Origin: Planctopirus limnophila DSM 3776
GTDB lineage: Bacteria > Planctomycetota > Planctomycetia > Planctomycetales > Planctomycetaceae
Reading direction: 5' to 3'
DNA: 32,000 bases
Assembly: GCF_000092105.1 (NCBI RefSeq)
Contig: NC_014148.1
Location: 4,260,001-4,292,000 of the forward strand
Shown: positions 25,907-32,000 of the stretch, one piece after another
How positions within the stretch are numbered: the stretch's first letter is position 1
Layout of the letters: each line of letters starts with the position of its first letter
Translations under genes and position numbers: made by a program
The notes under the pieces: generated by a model
Seen by the model: the letters and a program-made list of their open reading frames with translations, nothing else
Databases searched by the model: none
Told to the model about the DNA's origin: nothing

Positions 25907-26818
25907 ATGCTTCGATGGCGGCTGGCCATGTCTGCCGTGCTGATTCCACTTCTGGCGGGGATCTTCGCACTCGATCATTCATTCGGGAGCTCAGCACCTA
26001 TTCTGCTGGTCTTTGGCTGCGTGCTGGCTTATCGCGGGGCCGATGAACTGTGCGATCTTCTGCATACCCGAAACTTCACACCCCATCGATTCACGGTGTG
26101 TGCACTGAGCATGCTGGTGACATCGGCTGCCTGGTTTGGTCGATCGAGGATCTTTCCCATCGATGTGCCTGATGATGGCAACACGCTGGCGCAAGTCATG
26201 CTGGCCTATTCGCTGTCGATTCTGATCATGTTCTTTGTCTCGGCATATCGGTATCGCGAGCCCGGCAAGAGTATGGAAACGCTTGGTGCCGAACTGATGA
26301 TTGTCAGCTATGTGGGCGTGCTCTTGGGGGTCTGTGCCCAGTTACGATGGGTGGCAGGTGCTGAAGCCGGTTATCTCGTTATGGCCTCGCTGGTCATTGT
26401 GACGAAAGCCGGCGATGCAGGTGCGTATACTCTGGGCCGGTTGTTTGGACGTAGAAAGCTGGTGCCCTTGCTTTCTCCGGGCAAGACGTATGCCGGCGCT
26501 GGTGGTGCACTCCTGGGCTCAGCACTGGGGGCTTACTTATGGCTCACCTTTGCGACACCATTTTTTAATGCGACATGGCAGCCGCCAGAGTGGTACTGGA
26601 CAGTCCTCTATGGTGTGATTATCGGGATTGTCGGCCTGATTGGAGATCTCTGCGAATCACTGATCAAACGGGATGTCGGCAAGAAAGATTCCGCAGGACT
26701 GCTCCCCGGATTTGGCGGCTTACTCGACTTGCTGGACAGCATTATTTACTCCGCACCAGTGGCCTACATTCTGTGGAAGGCCATCCCACTGGCGACCTGG
26801 AAAATCCCCGGAGCCTGA
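25907..26818 (+). CDS. cdsA: Phosphatidate cytidylyltransferase (CDP-diglyceride synthase)
   Basis: This is a polytopic membrane protein. The C-terminal signature-like block is GDLCESLIKRDVGKKDSAGLLPGFGGLLDLLDS (compare S-x-x-KR-x4-KD-x5-PGHGG-x2-DR-x-D). The ORF track starts at TTG 25871. The in-frame ATG at 25907 (MLRWRLAMSAVLIPLLAG) is the more likely start. Confidence 0.8.
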   Translation: MLRWRLAMSAVLIPLLAGIFALDHSFGSSAPILLVFGCVLAYRGADELCDLLHTRNFTPHRFTVCALSMLVTSAAWFGRSRIFPIDVPDDGNTLAQVMLAYSLSILIMFFVSAYRYREPGKSMETLGAELMIVSYVGVLLGVCAQLRWVAGAEAGYLVMASLVIVTKAGDAGAYTLGRLFGRRKLVPLLSPGKTYAGAGGALLGSALGAYLWLTFATPFFNATWQPPEWYWTVLYGVIIGIVGLIGDLCESLIKRDVGKKDSAGLLPGFGGLLDLLDSIIYSAPVAYILWKAIPLATWKIPGA

Positions 26819-26963
26819 TGAGTTGTTAACCCTCAAGCATCGTGCATGCTCTGCAGGGCACACGCATGGCGCGGCTTCTTTTTGTCGTGGAAAGTCACGA
26901 CAACCCGGTGACATTTCGTTGGGCACGAGTTGGCCGGGCCACGCTGAGGGGGCAGCGATCTGT

Positions 26964-27002
26964 GTGCGATGCTTGCAGTTCTGGGCAAGCCTGTGTTCGC
27001 AA
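26964..27002 (+). repeat. 39-nt intergenic motif, copy B
   Basis: GTGCGATGCTTGCAGTTCTGGGCAAGCCTGTGTTCGCAA matches copy A (11150-11188) at 34 of 39 positions. The core stem GCTTGC/GCAAGC and the loop AGYTCTGG are conserved. It lies between the convergent cdsA and isomerase genes. Confidence 0.8.
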
Positions 27003-27053
27003 CTGGCAACGCGCAATAGCTTCCTGGGAAGCTGTATGACTTCCAGGATGCGA

Positions 27054-28007
27054 TTACAACTGGCTCAGGAACTCAAACGATTCCTGCAGCACCTGTGGGG
27101 CCATGTAAGAGTGCCTGCTCAGTTCCACATGCAGGCCGCCCTGATACGAGATATCGCGAACGGCCTGCATGACGGCGGCGAAATCGATTTCACCTTCTCC
27201 AAAACGCAAGTGCTCATGCACACCACGCCGCATGTCTTCAAGGTGGACATTCACGATCCGCGGGCCCCATTCCAATAGATGCGGGATGACCAGCAGTTCG
27301 GTCTGCCGCCGACGGAGTGAGCAGGTCTCGGCAGTTGTAATACGCTCCTGTTTCTGTCCAGCTTCTGATCGCGATGTTGATTCTGAAAGCACGGATTTAG
27401 CATTCATCACAGGCTTCTCCACGCAGTACAGATGCCCGACATCGATTGTTAAATCGAGATTTGGCTGCCCGACCCGCTCATCCAGTTCGCGAAAGTCGGC
27501 CATCGTTTCGATAAACATGCCGGGTTCAGGTTCAAATCCGAGCTTGATCCCGTAATGGGCAGCATGCTGGCAGACTTCGCGAATCCCTTCCGCGAGAATC
27601 TCCATCGTCTTTTCGCGTGGCCAGGGCTCTCGAAGAATTCCCGACCAGAACGAGACGCAATCCGCTTCAAGGTCATCGGCGAGGTGAATCGCCCGCTTCA
27701 AAAAATCAATGCGTCGCTGGCGGGCTCTGGCATCACCGCTGATGAGTGTCGGCTCATGCTTTTTGAGAGGATCCAGAAGGAACCGCGCACCGGTTTCAAT
27801 CACACATGAAAGGCCGAGCTTCTTGAGTGCCCGCTGATATCGCTCGAGCTGCCGGGGAAAATCGACAGCAAAAGGATCCAGACAGTGATGATCGACCGTA
27901 ATCGCCACGGAGCGATAACCCGCTTTGGCAATGAGTTCCAATGCGTCTTCCCAGCGGTGATCACTCAGCCCGTTCGTGTTATAACCCAGCTTCATCAGGA
28001 GGCTCAT
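27054..28007 (-). CDS. Sugar phosphate isomerase/epimerase (xylose-isomerase-like TIM barrel) family protein
   Basis: 317 aa. The N-terminus is MKLGYNTNGLSDHRWEDALELIAKAGYRSVAI. Family-like blocks are KLGFEPEPGMFIET, DLTIDVGHLY, VNVHLEDM and HEHLRFGEGEIDF. A low-complexity segment of roughly 40 aa (27300-27416) interrupts the barrel. Confidence 0.75.
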   Translation of the reverse strand: MSLLMKLGYNTNGLSDHRWEDALELIAKAGYRSVAITVDHHCLDPFAVDFPRQLERYQRALKKLGLSCVIETGARFLLDPLKKHEPTLISGDARARQRRIDFLKRAIHLADDLEADCVSFWSGILREPWPREKTMEILAEGIREVCQHAAHYGIKLGFEPEPGMFIETMADFRELDERVGQPNLDLTIDVGHLYCVEKPVMNAKSVLSESTSRSEAGQKQERITTAETCSLRRRQTELLVIPHLLEWGPRIVNVHLEDMRRGVHEHLRFGEGEIDFAAVMQAVRDISYQGGLHVELSRHSYMAPQVLQESFEFLSQL

Positions 28008-28090
28008 TTCGAGAGTTGGTGACGGCTGAAAATCTCACTCAACAGCCATTTGTATTGCTGTTCATCACGACGTATTCATCACAGATCGAA

Positions 28091-28678
28091 TCAGCAGTTG
28101 TGACGCACCTCAGCCAGATCGGCAAGAGGATTCGATCTGGATGCTGAGAGGACTGCTGCCATCAGCCCGTCACTTTCTCGATCTGAACCACCCGGATCAA
28201 AAGCATCCTCCCGTAAGAATGTTCCACTTGCTGCGAGACCCAGCAGTGGATCGGCAGCCCGCATGATCTTCCATTCCTGCTGGACGACAAACACGACGAT
28301 CACCGTACCGATCACAATCATCCCCACCAGAACGACCAGCACCCAATCCCTGCGGACAGTCGCCTGCTCGGGATGGCCAATCGGGTACAGTACTGTAATC
28401 GATTGCCCGATTTTGTGAGCCGGTGGCCGGAAAGCCATCACGTCTTCAATTTCATGCACACCGTCTTCCGTCTCGAACTGGAAGACACTTTTCGTCATGA
28501 GATCGCCTTCGTTGTCCCGATGAGTCAATTGCCGCACGACGGTCGCATTGACTGAGACTTGCGACATCCGCTTCAACAACTGATGAATCAGCGAGATGAC
28601 TCCCACGCAGGCCATCAAAGCGGGTATGCCCAACTTGAACGCCAGTATCCAATCCCAGTTCAGGCCCAGAAACGGCAT
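28091..28678 (-). CDS. DUF3592-like membrane protein
   Basis: The layout is TM helix, then a beta-rich segment, then TM helix: ILAFKLGIPALMACVGVISLI ... NATVVRQLTHRDNEGDLMTKSVFQFETEDGVHEIEDV...GQSITVLYPIGHPEQA ... VLVVLVGMIVIGTVIVVFVV. Met at 28678 has GGAG upstream and avoids the overlap with moaA that the 28810 start would create. Confidence 0.5.
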   Translation of the reverse strand: MPFLGLNWDWILAFKLGIPALMACVGVISLIHQLLKRMSQVSVNATVVRQLTHRDNEGDLMTKSVFQFETEDGVHEIEDVMAFRPPAHKIGQSITVLYPIGHPEQATVRRDWVLVVLVGMIVIGTVIVVFVVQQEWKIMRAADPLLGLAASGTFLREDAFDPGGSDRESDGLMAAVLSASRSNPLADLAEVRHNC

Positions 28679-28703
28679 GATTTGATCTCCCTGCGGAATG
28701 GCC

Positions 28704-29714
28704 TCAGCCACCAATCGAATGCATGGGTCTGGCTGGCTGAATGAACCGCGCGGTATTGATCTCGTGGCCTTCCTTCTTGTGAGCCACAGACTCTCGAATA
28801 GCTTCAACAATCAATCTTTGTCGATGATCGACGGATTCTTCTAAACGCAGAAGCGATTTCAAATCGGTTTCTTCCAGGCTGAACAGACAATTGCGCAGTT
28901 TGCCATCGGCTGTCAGCCGGAGTCTGTTGCAGCGATTGCAGAAAGGCTCACTGACTGAGGCAATAAACCCGATCTGGCCTTTTCCGCTGGCAAACGTGTA
29001 GTCGGTGGCTGGTGCTTCGCGAGAACCTGTTGATTCTGCGGTAAGCGGCCCGAAATGCTCGATCAGTGCCTGCCGGATCTCACTCGCGAACAGTACCTTC
29101 TCCCGCTCCCACTGATTCTCAGCATCCAGTGGCATGTACTCAATAAAACGGACATCGATCCCGGTCTTCAGTGCAAATTCACCAAAAGGAATGATCTGCT
29201 TTTCCGTCAGTCCGCGAACAGCGACCGCATTGATCTTGATGGGATCCAGCCCCACGCGCTGAGCCGCTTCAATCCCGCGCAAAACAGCCTCTAAACCATC
29301 CCTGCGGGCAAACTCGCGAAAAGAGGCTTCATCCAGAGCATCCAGGCTGATATTGATCCGTGAAAGCCCAGCTTCTTTGAGGGCCTGAGCCTGATCGGCC
29401 AGCAGAATGCCATTCGTCGTCAGACCGATATCGACCAGTCCATCAATCGCTTTCAGCGACTTGATCAATACAGGAAGATCCTGTCTGACAAGTGGCTCGC
29501 CACCTGTCAGACGGACTCGATCAATCCCGAGGGAAACGAAGATTTTCACCAGTTCAGTGATTTCTTCGTAAGTCAGCAGATGCTGCCGCGGCAGATACTG
29601 CACTGGCCCTTCGGGCATGCAGTAAAAGCAACGGATATTGCAACGATCCGTTACACTGATGCGCAGGTTATTGTGCGTGCGTCCAAAAGAATCGACGAGT
29701 GTCATGGTGCTCAC
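28704..29714 (-). CDS. moaA: GTP 3',8-cyclase (molybdenum cofactor biosynthesis protein A)
   Basis: 336 aa. The radical-SAM motif is CNIRCFYCMP. The second-cluster motif is CNRCNRLRLTADGKLRNCLF. The protein ends in a C-terminal GG. Blocks LTGGEPLVR and LTTNG are present. Confidence 0.95.
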   Translation of the reverse strand: MSTMTLVDSFGRTHNNLRISVTDRCNIRCFYCMPEGPVQYLPRQHLLTYEEITELVKIFVSLGIDRVRLTGGEPLVRQDLPVLIKSLKAIDGLVDIGLTTNGILLADQAQALKEAGLSRINISLDALDEASFREFARRDGLEAVLRGIEAAQRVGLDPIKINAVAVRGLTEKQIIPFGEFALKTGIDVRFIEYMPLDAENQWEREKVLFASEIRQALIEHFGPLTAESTGSREAPATDYTFASGKGQIGFIASVSEPFCNRCNRLRLTADGKLRNCLFSLEETDLKSLLRLEESVDHRQRLIVEAIRESVAHKKEGHEINTARFIQPARPMHSIGG

Positions 29715-29769
29715 TTCTCTCTGACACCAGTCTACTCAGGAACGTCACCCTTCGCATCTGCAGGAATCG

Positions 29770-32000
29770 TTACTCAAATCGAATGAGGCCAATCGGCACA
29801 TTGGCCGAGGAATCGGTCGTCGCGGGGGGCCAGTGGCGGGTTTCAATGGCTGGGAGAATACGCATCGCTTTGGCGGCATAGACATGATTGGTCGCCGGAG
29901 CCTGCGCAGCCAGTTCGCTCCACGCAATGGCGGCTTCAAATCTCCAGCCTTCAGCATCGCCATCGACGGCCACAAACCAGGCCGGATTCCAGCGCACCCG
30001 CTCCCAGCAACTCTCACTCACCGCACCTGTTTCCGAAATCTCAAAGTGATAAGCCGAGACATAATCGCGGTCGATATCGAGCGAAATCCTCACCCGGTCG
30101 AGTTCTTCTAAAGGAGCATCATACGTCCGGCCACTCGTCTCGACCGGGTTCGCTCGATGCCCGGGATGTCGATGACATTTCCCCGCCAGATAAAGAAATT
30201 CCCGATCGTGAGCGATCATCACAAAATCGCGAGGCTGATCCGCCAGTTCCAGGTTCGATAACCCGGGCTTCTGTAATGACAGATCCTTGGCCACTTGCCA
30301 GCAATCATCGGAAAGGAGTCCATCCAGCACGGGCTTATGCGAAACATACTGTGAGGTCGCAATTGTTCCCGGCGATGCTCCCGTCGCCGCCGTGATCCAC
30401 ATCTCCATGGCAGCAATCTGATGAATCGGATCTGTCGAGATTGTGGCCGACGCTTCTGCACTCTGGGCCTGCTGGCGAATCAACAGCGAGCGATAAATAC
30501 TATCGGCTTCTCCAAAGGATCCTCGATGTCTTTTCAGTGCCGCCAGTGGAAACTGAACCTCACTGGATTGAAACACCCTCCGTTCCTGCAGCTCCAGCAT
30601 TGCCAGAAGTTCTGCAGCACGCTTTTGTCGTCCTTTGAGCTGATCGTTCTGATAATCTCCCCGACCCGACTGGATTCGACCTTCTGCCCGAGCCTGCACA
30701 ATGGGCGAGCGATCCCGCGAACTATACGAACCATCGTCATTCGCGAGTTCTTCACCATTGGCACCCACCCGGCGAATCGTGGGCCTTGTATCGGCTGTCA
30801 CCACACTGGTCAGAGAACCTTCTTTTCGTGAGAGCTGGTACATCATTTCTCCACTCGTCCAGTAAGCGACCAGCCATCGCAATGCTGAAGTCCGTTCTGG
30901 CGAAGTGGGGTATCTGCGAATCAATTCGAGTTGAGTCTGCTCGAGCAGGTCGTACTGATCATGCTGTCGATAATCGCGGGCCAGTTGTGCCAGAAATGCG
31001 GCTCCCTGAGCCTGATCAAGACCAGCGAGGATGGGCCCCACCTGTGCCAGCATCTGGCCCGCCACACGGGGATCACCCAGTTGCTGGCCAGTGAACGACT
31101 CGACATTCCGCAGCTTGGCGGCTGCCTTCATGCGCTCAGCCAGAATCTGATCATCGACAGGGAGTAAGCCTCGACGAGCCGCCGTCCCAGGGGATATCGA
31201 CAGCCCCGCGAACAGATCCTGCGAAGCCTGTGCACTGACGGCTGGCAACGAACCAATGCCACCCACAAGCTGAGCCGGGTCAAGTCGCCGATAAGCCTCG
31301 CGCTGCAGGAGACCTTGCCTTTGAATCTCTAACAGCCCATCGGCTCTCGCCGCTGCTGTTTTGACTGAGACACCCGTTCGCGGCAAAAACTCAAACGCTT
31401 CCAGTTGAGCATCACCCACACTGCCATCCGGCAATCGCAGAAGAACCCGCGAGACAGACCACGGTGCGAGCCCGACAACTTCCTGTTGCTCGAACAATCG
31501 CGTGGCGTCAGCCGCCAAAGGAATGGCCCGGCACATCGCTGCAAACAGCAACTGAGCGACCGCATCATCAGCCGCCGGTTGATCCAGCATCACCACGTCG
31601 GGCCGCCAGGTTCGCAGATGACGCACAATCTGTCCCAGCAACATCTCGGGCAGTTTGTTTTCTGTCTTGAGCATCCAGTCACGAAAGAGAGCGTCGCGAT
31701 TGTGCTGCATGCCTGGTGTCGAAAGTGGGAAGGCCCAGCCTTCTTCCAGTGCGTTACCACCGGCCAGCAGCACGCCTGCCCGCCGGAGTTCTTCATTGCT
31801 GGCACTGTGAATCAGCCCCTCTTCATGCTCCAGTTTTGCATCAAGTCCTGCCGAAAGCAGAATCACACTCGATCGATACCCTTGCTCACCACTGGCTTTC
31901 GCCAATGCCCACGAAGAGATGCGTTCTGTGCGAGCGGGCATGATCGTCAGTGCGGCTCGGCGACCACCGCCCCGCAAGGCCTTCCAGGTTTTGCCCGAAT
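29770..32000 (-). CDS. Large hypothetical protein with CBM9/DOMON-like C-terminal domain (5' end beyond window)
   Basis: The frame is open to the window edge, and the track 'start' at 31977 is a TTG. The C-terminal roughly 200 aa (LDGLLSDDCWQ...DFVMIAHDREFLYLAGKCH...DRVRISLDIDRDY...WFVAVDGDAEGWRFEAAIAWSEL) resemble carbohydrate-binding family 9-like domains. The N-terminal visible part has weak PIG-L/LmbE-like spacing (IVRHLRTWRPDVVMLDQP) but no visible catalytic HPDD. Confidence 0.6.
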   Translation of the reverse strand, partial: SGKTWKALRGGGRRAALTIMPARTERISSWALAKASGEQGYRSSVILLSAGLDAKLEHEEGLIHSASNEELRRAGVLLAGGNALEEGWAFPLSTPGMQHNRDALFRDWMLKTENKLPEMLLGQIVRHLRTWRPDVVMLDQPAADDAVAQLLFAAMCRAIPLAADATRLFEQQEVVGLAPWSVSRVLLRLPDGSVGDAQLEAFEFLPRTGVSVKTAAARADGLLEIQRQGLLQREAYRRLDPAQLVGGIGSLPAVSAQASQDLFAGLSISPGTAARRGLLPVDDQILAERMKAAAKLRNVESFTGQQLGDPRVAGQMLAQVGPILAGLDQAQGAAFLAQLARDYRQHDQYDLLEQTQLELIRRYPTSPERTSALRWLVAYWTSGEMMYQLSRKEGSLTSVVTADTRPTIRRVGANGEELANDDGSYSSRDRSPIVQARAEGRIQSGRGDYQNDQLKGRQKRAAELLAMLELQERRVFQSSEVQFPLAALKRHRGSFGEADSIYRSLLIRQQAQSAEASATISTDPIHQIAAMEMWITAATGASPGTIATSQYVSHKPVLDGLLSDDCWQVAKDLSLQKPGLSNLELADQPRDFVMIAHDREFLYLAGKCHRHPGHRANPVETSGRTYDAPLEELDRVRISLDIDRDYVSAYHFEISETGAVSESCWERVRWNPAWFVAVDGDAEGWRFEAAIAWSELAAQAPATNHVYAAKAMRILPAIETRHWPPATTDSSANVPIGLIRFE

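Noticed and set aside
28679-28810. 44-aa N-terminal extension of ORF 28091..28810, overlapping moaA by about 100 nt
   Set aside because: Met at 28678 has GGAG upstream, starts right at the first TM helix, and removes the implausible overlap with the moaA 3' end.
29715-29769. Moco riboswitch upstream of moaA
   Set aside because: Only 55 nt separate moaA from the upstream stop codon. That is too short for the Moco RNA motif, and I saw no matching conserved core.
1-32000. Window-wide scan for CRISPR arrays, tRNA/rRNA genes, transposases, integrases, prophage genes, toxin-antitoxin pairs and known defence-system signatures
   Set aside because: None was seen. There are no regularly spaced direct repeats and no T-arm/acceptor-like tRNA patterns around GTTCGA/TTCGAA sites. 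No ORF carries DDE/tyrosine-recombinase, nuclease-helicase or STAND-like motifs. The region reads as core chromosome rather than an accessory island.

Overview
All calls come from reading the sequence and ORF track by eye. No homology search, covariance model or folding program was run.

The window looks like ordinary chromosomal sequence from a moderately GC-rich bacterium. It is probably a member of the Planctomycetota/PVC group. That is an inference from gene content: a large formylglycine-type sulfatase, a PVC-type heme-binding dehydrogenase, a giant MscK-like channel, and several lineage-type hypothetical secreted or membrane proteins.

I support 19 protein-coding genes, two of them cut by the window edges:
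- **Housekeeping genes recognised with high confidence:** aspS, lpdA, moaA, cdsA, and a Cys/Met-metabolism PLP enzyme.
- **Other family-level calls:** an MMPL/RND transporter fragment, an arylsulfatase, an MscK-like channel, a CE15-like esterase, a sugar-phosphate isomerase/epimerase-fold protein, an amicyanin-type cupredoxin, a GcvH-like lipoyl protein, a di-[4Fe-4S] ferredoxin-domain protein, and DUF4142-like and DUF3592-like proteins.
- **Proteins with no recognised family:** a lipoprotein and a two-TM membrane protein. The edge-truncated 3'-terminal gene has only weak domain resemblances.
- **Terminators:** several clean rho-independent terminators are visible.

I found no tRNA, rRNA, CRISPR array, transposase, integrase, phage gene or recognisable defence system. 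I see no compelling evidence for a spectacular new system here.

The leads worth following are modest:
- **GcvH-like gene pair:** an orphan, divergent GcvH-like lipoyl carrier sits just upstream of an unusual ferredoxin-domain protein, beside lpdA and a cupredoxin. A 21-bp GT/AC-rich leader hairpin precedes it.
- **Repeated motif:** a 39-nt hairpin-containing motif occurs in two distant intergenic regions.
- **Orphan terminator:** a terminator-like hairpin sits in a divergent promoter region with no gene to terminate.
- **Silent gap:** about 600 bp between two convergent terminators has no credible gene. It carries a CTTCGCG heptamer array that folds into a 21-bp stem.
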